Assembly: GCF_036365525.1 (NCBI RefSeq)
Contig: NC_090390.1
Location: 31,292,180 to 31,356,179, forward strand
Length of the DNA: 64,000 nt
Origin: Heterodontus francisci
Lineage: Eukaryota
Reading direction: 5' to 3'
The notes beneath the pieces were generated by a model. It was not told the origin of the DNA and made no database searches. It saw nothing but the letters and a program-made list of their open reading frames with translations. The translations under genes were made by a program, and so were the position numbers. Below, in pieces: positions 48,090-60,887 of the stretch (its first letter is position 1; each line of letters begins with the position of its first letter).

Positions 48090-51000
48090 GAATTGTAGTC
48101 ATAGGTGATTCAGTATTTTGGGGGATAGCTAGCATTATCTGCAGTCACAGACAAGAGGTCAGAAGGATGTCTTGCCTACCTGATACCAGGGTAAAGGGTT
48201 TCTCAGAGCACCTTAGAATGGGAGATGGAGGAGATGGTGGGGAGTAGGAGCAGTGGATTCAGTTGTTGTCGTCCACAGGAGGACTGATGATATAGGAAAG
48301 AAAAAGGAGGAGGTTCTGTTAACTATGTATGAGGAGTTAGGGAATAAATTAAAAGCAGGATCCCACAGGTGGTAATATGATTACTACATGAGCCAGGTGC
48401 TAATTGGCGGATCAGAAAGATGAACATGTGTCATGGAAAGGAGTTTCATTCTATGGGACACTGGCACCAGTACTGTGACAGGAAGGAGCTGTACTGCTGG
48501 GCAGGCTGCACCTCAACTGGAATAGGACCAATGTCCTAGTGGAAATTAATTAGGATTAGAGATAAAACTTTAAATTAGCAAGAAAGGGGGAAGGATCTGG
48601 TGGAATTAACAGCTGCCTGAAGATAAAAGAAATAGGAGGTGACAGCAGAGATCAGATCAAGCTAAACAGCAAGAGTACAAATTTTCAGGGAACAGATAAA
48701 ATTATAGAACATAAGTACAAAGTAACTGCAAAAATTAAAACAAGGACTGAAAAACAAATTGAATTATTTATACAGCAACATACACATCTGAAACAAAATT
48801 GAGGAACTACAGATATTACTTTGTAGACAGGAACCAGATATCGTAGGGGTAACTGAAAAACGACTTCATCATGAACAGGAATGGCAGTTACATATTTAGA
48901 AAGGATAGAGGGGAAGGGGGAGTGGGGTAGCTGTGTTAATAATATAACAGTAGAAAAAAAGGACATGACTAACATTAAAATGGAAACAAAATTATTATAC
49001 ATTGAGATAAAGAATGAGAAGGGATCTATCACACTAATAAAGGCATACAGACCACTCAATATTGAAAGGGAATTGTAGAAATATGTAGGCAAATCTATTA
49101 AATGAGTAAACGACAGAATAATGGGAGGGAAAAGGGAATGGAGTTTTTAAAAAGTGTGTACATGTTACGACCAAGGTGGGAGCAATGCACTGTCAATTCA
49201 GTCCCATTACTCCACAGGTCACAGCATATTATTAAGGTTTTCCCACCCAACTGGAAAACAGCCAAATTAAACACTTTATTAACCCCCAGAATAAAACATA
49301 CACCAAACCAAGTATCTTTAGACAACAAATTAATTATTTATTAATAAACTAAATCTTAACACTATTAAAATAAATTTATGTCTAAGGACCTTACAACTTC
49401 TTATTTAACCTAACCATGATCACACACATACATTCAACAGTTAACCAGATTTTTAAAATTATCTTTTAAAAATTAGCTGTTTAAGAATTAAAATAACTGG
49501 GTTGTAAATCTTTGTGGGTTATGTTCCTGATGGATGAGGTATCCTAGTGTGAAAAAATAATCAGATGCCACTCGAATTTAATGAATAGTCTTTACTTGAT
49601 AGACATTCAAAGCACTTCAGCTGCAGCAGGCGTCACACAGTTCTTGCAACATGGAGTATAAAGACAGGTCTATGTTTGGATTTTAAAATTGGTAGTCTTT
49701 CAGTCGAAACTTTACTGTGAATTCCAGAAAATACAATCAGTCAAGAGACAATCTTGAAGCAAAGACTTCTTAGATTGGAAGAAAAGGAATTTTGTTATCT
49801 CTAGCAATACAAATGTTTTCTTCAAAGATTTTTTAAAAATCTCCTTAGACAATTAACACAGCTTGTAACTCATTGTAGAATTTCTGTTGAGGGAATTCTC
49901 TTCCTTCAAGGGAAGCACGCTTCGCTGGTGTCTCTCCAAACTGATTTCAGCCAGTCCCTGCACAGTCAAAATTAAAACATCACAGTACGTCTCCAGCTGT
50001 TGCTTAGGAACAGGTGCAGTTGGCACACAGTGCTCAGAAATCAAACTCCCCTCTCTGTCTTAAAGGTACACTTTTTAAAGCAGAGTCTTAAAGGCACACG
50101 GTTTTAAACAGAGGGAAAAAATAGTTCTGTTACAGTACAGGTCTCTTTTGTCCCTCAGCAAGAATCAATGCTGGACCCACTGATATGAAATGAACCAGTG
50201 TAGAGAAAGATGTAAGCACATGGAGCAGCTAGGCAATAGCAATCACAACATAAGGTTTAAATGATGACTGAGAGACACAGAAGTAAAACAAAGACCAAAG
50301 TAATATACTGTAAAAAAGATGAACGAGGAGATGAGGATGGATCTAAGGAAGGAAAACTGGAAAAAATATTTATATAGAGATATAAAGGTGATCAATACAA
50401 TTCAAGAAAAAAACAAGAACAAACTGGCAAATAATGAAACACTATGGTTGAAGAGAGTTATGGGTAAAACTGAAACTAAAGAGGCATACACTAAGTATGT
50501 AGACAATAAAGACAAGGATGAGAGAGTGGAACACAAAGGGATTAGGAAAGTAAATAAATTAGGAAAACAAAGATGAACTACAAAATGAAATGATCAAAGA
50601 ATGCCACAAAAGTATTCTAGAGATTCAAACTACTACAGGAAAATTAAGACAGGGATTAGGATACTATTGGGTGCACAAAATAAATTCAGATGACAGTGAA
50701 ATGGCAGAAATATTTAATTACATTGCTTCACTATTTACCAGGGAGACTAACGAGATGGACATAACATTAGAATAGATCAAAAGGGATGTCAAGATTTAAG
50801 ATTAAAAAGGAAGGTGACAATTAGATGGGCTTAGAGAGGATAAAATGGAGACTGGATGGATTGCACTCTCACATACTAAAAGATACTAGGGCAGAGATAG
50901 TATTCAATAAAAATGCAAATAGTGCCAGAAGACTGGTGGACAGCTAATATTATTCCTATATTTAGAAAGGTGGATTGAACAAATCCATGGAAGTATAGGT

Positions 51001-52290
51001 TAGTTAAAGTGGATGGTAGGAAAGATATTGGAATTTTTGCTCAATAATGTAAGAGAACATCATGAAACCAAAAATATAATAAATGGTCAGCACGGATTTC
51101 AAAAGAGGTCATACTTGACAAACCTTATTGAAGTAACCTAAAGAGTAGAGACAAGCATAATGCAGTGAATGTAATATACATCGACTTTCAAAAGGCATTT
51201 GATAAGGTACTGCATAGCAGTCTCATGAATGAGATCAGAGCATCTGAAGTCGGGGTCAAGTAGCAAAATGGAAAGCAAACTGGCTACAAAGCAGAACACA
51301 GAGTATGGGTAAAAGTAATTACTCAGACTGATTAACATGGTGTTACAGAGACCTGTGCTGGGACCACTGTTAAGTTTGAATTTGGGAGTTGTTTGGCAAA
51401 TTTTGAAATTTGCCAAAGACGCCAAATTGGGGTGTACAGTTAGTAACAAGACTGACTGCAACGAAAACCAAGACATTAACAAAGTTATGGAATAGTCATG
51501 TAAAATGAAAACGGATTTCAAAATAGATTTAAGTATGAGGTGGTACATTTTGCTAAGGGGAATAAGGAGGCCACCTACTTCTTGCAAAGTGTCTAAGTGA
51601 GGTAGAGGCACACAGGGGTCAAGTAGTACAGATCCACAAATCATTAAAAGTAGCAACATAAGTCAATAAAGCTATCAAAAACCAAACATTGGGGCTTATT
51701 TCCAGAGCAATAGAATTAAAAAACAATTAAGTTATGTTGTATTGATCCTTGGTTAGACCACATTTAACACTATGCAAAGTTCTGACTCCACTTTACAAAA
51801 AGGATATAGAAGCATGAAAGTGCAAAAAAATATTTACAAGGATGATTTCAGAACGGAGTGTGTAAAACTATCAGGCAAGACTGAACAGACAGACAATATT
51901 TTTCCTTGAAAAGAGAGGACAGAGATATGGCCTGAGAGATCTTTAGAATTATGAAGGGGGTTGATAGAGTAGGCATGGAAGAAATGTTTCCTCTTGTGGG
52001 GTAAGTCAAAAACTAGGGACCATAGATAAGATGGTCACAATAAATCCAATGTTTAGGAGAAACTTCTCTACTCACAAGTGTGGAGAGAATGTGGAACTCA
52101 CCATGATATGAAGTGGTTGAGGTAAATAGAATAGATACATTTATGGGGTAGCAAGGCAAGGACACGATAGAGCAGGGAATAGAAGGATATGTTGATAGGG
52201 TTAGATGAATTAGGATGGGAGATGGCTCGTATGGAGACTAAACACTTTAGGTCGAATGTCCTGTGACAGTGCTGTAAATTATATGTAGAG
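48090..52290 (+). mobile_element. Old degenerate CR1 (ORF1 esterase to 3' end), split by a solo LTR
   Basis: VVIGDS/CLPDTRVK ORF1 remnants, QHGF and DFQKAFDKV remnants, and a CR1-type 3'UTR. Confidence 0.78.
49163..50134 (-). mobile_element. Solo LTR-like element, same family as 7387-8382
   Basis: TGTTACGACC...CTGTTACA. TSD GTACA at 49158-49162 and 50135-50139. The first ~90 bp align with the 7387 element. Confidence 0.85.
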
Positions 52291-53139
52291 CTACAATTTA
52301 AATCTATGCTGTAGCATTAAACATAAAAACATGAGTAAAATTGTGTACATACAGATAACTTATAATAGGAAGGGGTAGGGGAGATGGGAGAAGAAAGCAG
52401 GATCAATTTGGGAAAATCAAAACAGGCTAAAATTCACTGAATGGTGTCAGACTTGTTTTGGCACTTTGCACATAATCAAAACTAGCAATGACAGGGAGAT
52501 TTAAGGGAATTTTTCAATAGGCTTTCCTCCCTAAATCCAACACCAGGATAGCAGAACCATGAGCAACACTCAGAAAAATGCATTTGTAAAATATGCAGTG
52601 GTGCTGTGGAAATCATTCATAAAAAGTCAAGCGTTAGAAGAAAGTACAGAGACATATAAATCTCACTGCAGAATGAACTCTTGTTTAAATGAGACATTAA
52701 TATATTTAATTATTGTGAAACTATAAAAGCCTGACGTATTTGTGCTTTCACCTTATTCCTTTTAATAGCATTTGGGTATTTTGGAACGTTTAATAAATAT
52801 TTGAGTTAATTTAGCAATTTATACACAAAGCCTTCAACAAAAGGTCAACTAGCCATGTTGTTAAAATTAAAATGAAGTCTTTAAATGAATGAGATAATAT
52901 GCGAGATTTTAACTCATTTAAAAAGTACCCACTGACAGTTAAAATCAGGTCCCATAGCTCAGTTTTATGTACATATAGAGATACAAGTGTCCGAGACAAA
53001 AAAGGGAAATAAAGATTCAGATTTCCAGCATCAGTAGTATTTTGCTTTTATCTTAGGGAAAATAAAGAGGTGAGCATGGGACATGGGCACATGAAAGAGG
53101 AAAAGAGAGCACTCACATAAACGAGTGGATGAAGAAAGA

Positions 53140-53550
53140 AAAAACGACTTTGATTTATACAATGCCTTTCACGACCTCAGGACTTTCCAAGATGCTTTAC
53201 AGCCAATGGTTGTCATTGTTGCAATGTAGAAAAGGGCAGCCTATTTGCGCACAAAAAGCAATGTGGAAATTATCAGATAATCGATTTTCAGGATATTGAT
53301 TGAAGGATAAATATTGGCCAGGACACTTGCTCCTCTTTGAAGTAGTCCCATGGGCCTTGTACGTTCAACTGAGAGACAGATGGGGTCTCAGTTTAACATC
53401 TCATCCAAACGATGGCACCTCCGACAGTGTGGCACTTCCTCTGTACTGCACAGGAGTGTCAAACTAAATTTTTGTGCTCAAGTCTCTGGAGTTTTACTTG
53501 AACCCTCAATCTTCTGACTTAGAGGTGAGTGCTAAGCCACAGCTGACACA
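53140..53550 (-). mobile_element. Deu-domain SINE copy
   Basis: Reverse complement aligns with 23760-24204 over head, central domain and tail. Confidence 0.72.
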
Positions 53551-53979
53551 CTGGGCAAGAGAAAAAGAGAGAACATAAATTCAGTAATGGGAATCCAGTA
53601 AATCAACTTTTGAGCAGGCACGTTGATGCTTATACAGAGTATCCCAAACCTCCATCATAATTCCTCATATTCCTATAGAATGTGGGAGGGAAAAACCAAC
53701 ATAAATACCATGTATTGTTGGATAAAGTTTATAATTATCATTGAGTTGACGGTGAAAAAGCAGTCAATAATCATGGATGTGTTCACATGCAGGTCCATTT
53801 ACTCCCCTCTCCTTTCCTCATTGAAAGTCATGCAAAACAAGGCCTAGTCAGGAAAATTAAACTGACAATAGCAAGGCAGAAAGAATTCAATGAGAGGATC
53901 TCAATTTAAAAAGAATCCAGAAACATATTTTAGAACAATTTCCAAAGGTGTATTAACATGTAAACAAAGGGAAAGTAAA

Positions 53980-55420
53980 TGCTTACATTTAAAGCTTTTT
54001 ATTGTCCATCCTTCACCATAATTGTTTTACAATACAAATATCACCTCGTGTATACACAAAACTACAGAAAAGAACTTTCTTGCACATAAAATACAGAATG
54101 GAGATCATATATTTTGCAATAAAAAACTATTCTCACATTGGCAAATAGACTTCATTTTCACTTGACTTCTGATTTGGGTGAGACTACATGCATTATTTGC
54201 ACAAATATAATAAAATTTATAGAAATAGAGTATCTCTGTAGCTGATTTAACAACTAATGGGTCAGAGGAGCATGGATACTTTGCTAGTACATTAACCTCT
54301 GCACATATTCAATTTTTTGCCTTCATGTTATGACTTGATATTTAAGAAAAATGCAAAATCTGTAAAAAGGAAGTTGAAATACAACAGTTAGATTTGTAGT
54401 GTTGTACTTCCCATTTATATAATAAAATAATTTACCTGTACAGTAATATATCTAACAGGACATGCCCATAGTTAGTGAACTGAATATTTCCATTTTCTTT
54501 TATTTTGCACCCAATATCTCAAAGTATTCAAGACAAAGAGTGCACAAACATTAACTACAAAACTGAATGCTCACTGTTGAGCTTACATTTTGCAATTCTG
54601 CAACAGTTAATTATTAACTCAATACTCAAGGTAATATACATATAGGCTTTTGAGTTTTCATATACTACATCTGAGACCACCTACTGACCATACAATCAGG
54701 ACAAGAAAAGGCACTAGAAAACAAACAATATCGGTCAAAATTTCCACCCAGTGCTGATTTCATTCTTGCTATATGTGAATGTTGGAGTCCACCATTATAT
54801 GCAGACCTCATTTTAAATACTTGAAAAACTGCTGTGTAGATTTTTTTTTTGCACTGCCACATTCATTTAACATAAACAACAAGAATGATTGTTATAAAAC
54901 ATTTTTGCACTTGTTTCTTTTGCCACATTGGTTCCAAAATGCACAGTTTGTTCGCAAACAGAACTCAATGCATATATTCATCAACCATCTTTAATATCTA
55001 AACATATTTAAGAAAATGGCTTTTAAGCCCAGTCTTTGGGGCACGGATTATTAAAGATGAATTTCTGATTGAAAAAATACAATTTATCCCAGACATCTTT
55101 GCAGACATATGCAAAAGAAAACACTAGCAGACAGGACACAATTGCCACTGATGCAGTTAATATCAAATACAATTGAACGTGATTTTGTGTTTATGGCATA
55201 TACCAAAGACAAAAAGACAACTAACAAAAGGAGGTTATACAGTGCATGTCAACTGATTTTGTTCTACATAGTCCTTTGGAAAGATCACAGTGCTGACCAG
55301 TTAATTGGAACACTTAAATAAAAGTGAACATTGCAAGACATGAATTAGCAGAAAGTTCACTATGGCATCAGCTCAAGGGGAATTTTCAGCACTTTGCACA
55401 GTCTCTCAGATTATCTGGTG
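53980..55420 (-). other. SGMS1: Probable SGMS1 3'UTR with candidate AATAAA signals
   Basis: AT-rich, repeat-free stretch after the stop codon. Minus-strand AATAAA at 54499-54504 and 53998-54003. The true end cannot be fixed from sequence. Confidence 0.5.
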
Positions 55421-55606
55421 TTATGTATCAGTCACTAATCTGCTGTATTTAACTTTTCTCCCAAAGAACTGTGATACGGATGACCAGGAAAGTGGCAAAT
55501 GATATGTACGAGGTACAATGCCTTGAACGTTGCTTTCCAAAAAACGAAAGAATTTATACCACCAAACTTGGGATAGAAAATTAGTCTTGGAGGGTTCTTT
55601 TAATAC
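55421..55606 (-). CDS. SGMS1: Sphingomyelin synthase 1, last coding exon
   Basis: ttttttaag|VLKEPSKTNFLSQVWWYKFFRFLESNVQGIVPRTYHLPLSWSSVSQFFGRKVKYSRLVTDT*. The terminus matches the SGMS1-type VKYSRLVNDT and lacks the Cys cluster of the SGMS2 tail. Absent from the ORF track. Confidence 0.95.
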   Translation of the reverse strand, partial: VLKEPSKTNFLSQVWWYKFFRFLESNVQGIVPRTYHLPLSWSSVSQFFGRKVKYSRLVTDT

Positions 55607-56194
55607 CTTAAAAAAGGAATAACATGTTAATTAGATCATACTTGTGGAACAATTAACAAAAAGTAAACATATTATAATTCAGGAGTGTTATGTATGGAGA
55701 GAATGCAGCAAGCCAGTAGCAAGCCAGCAAAACCCTCATATTGGGTAAGCAGTTTACAATTTTCTTTCTGCAGGAAGCTTTTATATTCAGTATATTCTCT
55801 CGACAATATACTGAAACTTCCAATATTTTACCCCAGTTAACCGTCTTCCCAATCACCTGCCAGAATTTTTGTGCGACAAAGTCTGAAGCATGAGGCTTTT
55901 GAATTACTTTTTGTTACTTAACATTTTATTTCCTTGGTCAATAAAATCAGATCATGTTTATAAACACTATTTCTTTCCATTCCCGTGCCTAAAGTACCAT
56001 TAGACATATTTGCAAGGCTAAAAATGTTTGGGATTCTCAATTATGCTAATTTCCATTCTGTACAGCTCGGGGGAAGAGAGCAGTGGGGGAAAGCAAGAGC
56101 GGAGACATTATGGCAGATAAGAGAACTTTCACTGTACTTTTTTCGTATCACAGAATTCCCGGTGCTTTAATAGAAATTAAAGAAGGCCTCGTGT

Positions 56195-57415
56195 TAAGAG
56201 TTATAGTTATAGAGTCATTACGGCACAGGAGGCCATTCAGCCCATTGAGACCATGTCAGCTCTCTGTAGAACAATCCACTCAATCCCATTCCTCCACTCT
56301 ATCCCCATAGCCCTGCAAATTTATTTTCCTCAGGTGCCTATCCAATTTCCTTTTGAAATCATTAATCATCTCCGTTTCCACCACCCTCGTAGGCAGTGTG
56401 TTTCAGGTCATTACCACTCACTGCATTGTATCTCTTACTCAAAACCTTAAATTTGTGTTCCTTAGTTCTTGTCCCGTCAGCTAATGGAAACAGCTTTTGT
56501 CGATCCTATCCAAACCTGCCAGAATCTTGTACACCTCTATCAAATCTCCCCTCAATTTCTTTTGCTCCAAGGAGAACAACCCCAGCTTCTCCAACCTAGC
56601 CTTGTAGCTAAATTCCCTCATCCCTGGAACCATTCTGGTAAATCTCCTCGGCACCCTCACAAGGACCCTCATATCCTCCCTAATGTGTGATGATCAGAAC
56701 TGGACACAATTGGGGCCTAACCAGAGCTTCATAAAGGTTCAGCATAACTTCCCTGCTTTATTACTCAATATCTCTATTTATGAAGCCCAAGATCCCATAT
56801 ACTTTGCTAACCACTCTCTCAATATGTCCTGCCACCTTCCAAGTTCTATGAACATGAACCCCCAGGTCCCTGTAAGTTCTTTAGAACTATGCCATTACGT
56901 AAATACTGCTTCTCTCTAAACCTTTTGCTAAAATGCATCACCTCACACTTCTCGGTTTTAAATTCCATCTGCCACTTGTCTTCCCATTGTGCTAGCCTGT
57001 CTATGCCTAGTTGCAGTCAATTGGTATCATCCCCACTATTTGCCACACCTCCATGTTTGGTATCATTGGAAAAAGTTGAAATTTTACTCTGTATTCCAAT
57101 ATCCAAGTCATTCACATATATCAAAAAAAAAAAAGAGGTCCTAGCACTGACCCCTGTGGAATCCACTGTATACCATTCTCCAATCTGAAAAACAACCATT
57201 TACCACAACTAGTTTCATGTCCTTAAGCCAATTTTTTTTACCCAAGCTGACATTGACCCTCATTCCCCGAGCCTCAATTATGTTAACCAGCCTTTTATGT
57301 GGTACTTTGTCAAATGCTTTCTTAAAATCCATAGAGACAACATCCATTGCATTCCCTTCATCAATTTTGTGTTACTGTATCAAAAAATTAAATTCGACTA
57401 GTCAAACATGATATC
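56195..57415 (-). mobile_element. CR1 3' portion in the last SGMS1 intron
   Basis: MDFKKAFDKVPHKRL, STFSNDTK and [20 protein letters not shown], plus a CR1 tail. Confidence 0.88.
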
Positions 57416-58299
57416 TCATGTGTACAAGAAAACTGATATTAAGACTATCACTTAAAAAAATGAACCTTTTATATTTGTAAGTTTCCTTATCAACTGTTTG
57501 TGATGAAAAGACTAAATGAAAGAAAGACGTTCTCCAAACCATGCACTTATTAGACATAGGTAATTAAGGTGATGGAACAATCTTACGTTTTGCACCAAAC
57601 ACAATCTTCAAATTCTGGCCAACTTTGAGTGACTGCATATTTTAATTTTCTACCATAGATATCTTACTGTTCACAATCATGTAATATACTAAAAGCTTAG
57701 GTTACTGATAAGGGAGGGATTTGTAAGGTAAATGCCATTGTAATTATGAATATACTACAGGGAGAGCAGGCTCACCTGCTTCTGGACTGGATGCCACTCT
57801 ATTCTTGACTCTCCACTGCTATTCACATCCCTCCAGGTCATACTCTCTTCTCGCTGGCTCTCTCTCTCCCACTTACCCTCCATGTGTGCAGTGGTAGCAG
57901 CATGTGAAAGAGTCAGCACACATTAAAAATCAAAACTTCCTACTGCGGGAGCTATATGCATGTTATATGTGGGCCATAGATTGTTATTTGTTTCTTTTTG
58001 TTAAGGATTCTTGACTGGAAAGATACCAGATGCATGGCATTTATACTGCAAGGTCCAAACCATGACCTTTTCAATTTCAGGTCCATTTCAGTTTACAACT
58101 GGTAGCATAAACAAAGCAAACCATGCCACAAATTCTCCTAGATATGTGCATAATCCAATTTAGCCAAATCTGGGAGAAAGCCAGAATCAGCCTTAATTGA
58201 CACATACAGAGAGGCATTTCAAATGGGCTCATCTTTTATTTAAATAGTCCAATAATGGACAATGCTATCAATATATTGATTTCACAAGCAGGGACTTAC

Positions 58300-58466
58300 T
58301 TGCTGGTTGGCCATGGTATGGTACCACCAAAAAAGACGTGTAGTGATATAATATGCCACCACTACATCCACAGTGTAGTGGTCATGTGCCAGAAGAATGC
58401 AGAAAACCCCAACAATACTGAGAATCCAGCAAGACCAGTGATACCACCACCATTGTTTTGGAGAAT
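58300..58466 (-). CDS. SGMS1: Sphingomyelin synthase 1, penultimate coding exon (167 bp)
   Basis: ctttcag|(Y)SPKQWWWYHWSCWILSIVGVFCILLAHDHYTVDVVVAYYITTRLFWWYHTMANQQ|gtaagt. Contains the catalytic HYTVDV motif and ends in phase 0, matching the last exon. Confidence 0.96.
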
Positions 58467-58519
58467 CTGAAAGAAATAAAATGGAAACTTATCATTTACT
58501 ACAATGTTGGTGGTCTGCA

Positions 58520-58810
58520 ACATAAGAACAACATGTATTTATAGAGCACCTTGAACGTAAGACATCCCAATGCACTTCACAGGCATTATAAAACAAAATA
58601 TGACACCGAGCCACATACGGAGTTATTAGAGCAGATGACCAAAGGTTTGGTCAAAGAGGTAGGTATTAAGGAGTGTCTTAAAAGAGGAAAGTAAGGTAAA
58701 GAGGCAGAGAGGTTTATGAAGGGAATTCCTGAGCTTCGAGCCCAGGCAGCTGAAGGCACAGCCACCAGTGGTGGAGTGGTTAAAATCAGGGATGCTCAAG
58801 AGACCAGATA
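58520..58810 (-). mobile_element. L2 3' fragment
   Basis: GGCAFSCLGSKLRNSL..FKTLLNTYLFDQ, matching 33565-33925. Confidence 0.8.
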
Positions 58811-60887
58811 TCTTTGGAAACTCTGCATTTATGCACAGAATAGGAAGAAATGTCATTAGCAATTGAGGTGATCCAAATATGTACATTGCAGCCACTAAAC
58901 TGTAGTTGTATAAAACTTGAAAAACATGACATGCAAAATGTCAGCTCACAATATAAATATTTCTCACATAGTATATACCAAACCAGCCTACCAGGTATCA
59001 CCAATATCTTTTATTTAGTTTTCATTCTTACAACAGTGCTTCCGTCATTTCAGCAAGCTGAATTTTGTACATATAATTAGTATATATAGAAAATCTCCAG
59101 TGATATTACTGGTAGTTTGAGAGCTAGAGTGCTAATTTATAATGATTACCAAAATTTCACAACAGCATAAATGCAGCAGCATTTTGCCTATTGGTGTAAT
59201 ACAGCAAATTTATTGAACCAATCCATTACATGACTGACAATTTTATTGATACTGAAAGTAACAGTTCTTTCAAGATATAGGATTTATCCGATTCTCCTAC
59301 AACGTCAGAAAGTTTAAGATGGAAGCAACTTTGTTCATCCCTTTCCAAAACTATAGTCTCAGTAATTAATAGCTTTTTCTTGCCTCAATAGTCGATTTCC
59401 ACCATTTACTCCAAATTTGTTCATTCTTCCCTTCTCTCCACAGAATCTTTTTTCCCCATTATTTACATAATTGCAATTGCTTTTTTCTCACACTTACTCC
59501 TCAGTGGATTTGTAATAAATCCATCCAATCTAGTTTCTAATGTACCCATAACAGAGACCAATCTAGTTAAATTTGCCAATGACATCCAATGTAACACTTA
59601 CAACTTGCTGCACCCCTTGTCCTCTTGATCCCTCTACCACCTTCAACATTATTACCCACTCAAGAATTCCTCCACTGCATTTGTGTGGTCCACTTCCACA
59701 GCTTAGCACTCATATGGTCCCATTCTTACAAATACCAACACAGTCACTACAACTTCTTTAACAGTTTTCTTATGCAGCAGAGTCACTTCTCCTGTATCCC
59801 AGGGCTTCATCATCCCACATCCTGTTCATCATCTGCATCAAGCTTGACTCAGTTCATAGCACTACACTTGCCTCTGTTCAAATATTCTATACTAGTTTTT
59901 TGAACTCAATCTCAGCTGGCAATCCAGTGATTACTACATTGTTGAAGGCGCTGTCCTTTTGTTAAGGTGGCAGTTCAGTTGGACATTAAAAATCCCTTGA
60001 CGCCAACATTCTTTTCTCAATCAATACCAAACAACAGACTTACTGGTCTTCAATTGCATTGTTTGTGGCATGTTGCTGGTGTAGAATGGCGGCTGCACTT
60101 TCCTACAGTCAGTATGCTTCAAATAGTACTTGATTGTGTGAAGTGCTTTGAGACATTCACTATAAAAGGCACCGATCAATGAAAATACTAATTACTCTGG
60201 TTTTTCCATTTTAAAAATGACCAGTAAAAAGTTCCAAGATATTGAAAGCCTACAATAAGTAATACTTAAAAAATTCTCTCATCTCTACAATCTTGGCAGG
60301 CTTTCTCTTTCTTCACTCTTGTGCAAACAGGTGTATTTCAGAGAAAAATGACTAACTGACTTTGCTAGCTGGTTAGAGAAGTGGAATGGAACATAAACAG
60401 AGAAACAGAAGAAAGGCGAGACAGTGGGGAAATAAAGATGGGCAACAGTGAGAGAAAAGGGAAAAACAAGAGGGAGAGCAAGAAAGTCACAATAATTGAA
60501 GAGAAAGAGTAGAATGAGGAGGGAAATATAGTAAAGTGTGGAATGAGACACAGTTGTCAGAGTCATAGAGGTATAATGGCACAGAAGGCAGTCATTTGGT
60601 CCACTGAGACCATGCCAGCGCTCTGCAGAGCAATCCACTCAGTCCCATTCTCTGATCCCTTGGTCTGAGGTCACTCTCCCTGTGAGTTCCTAGCCAGTAA
60701 ACATTGAATACGTTTGATTATGGCTGAATAGCCTAACAAGTCAGCCAAACCAAACCCTGACCTCCACCAACATATGCTCCATCCAACAATGGTCACTGTT
60801 TAAAAGGCAGGAGTGCAAGCTCTGACTGGTTTTTCTCCATTCTAGCCTGGTGCACTCAGAATAACTGCAATGCTCCCATGTCCCTTC

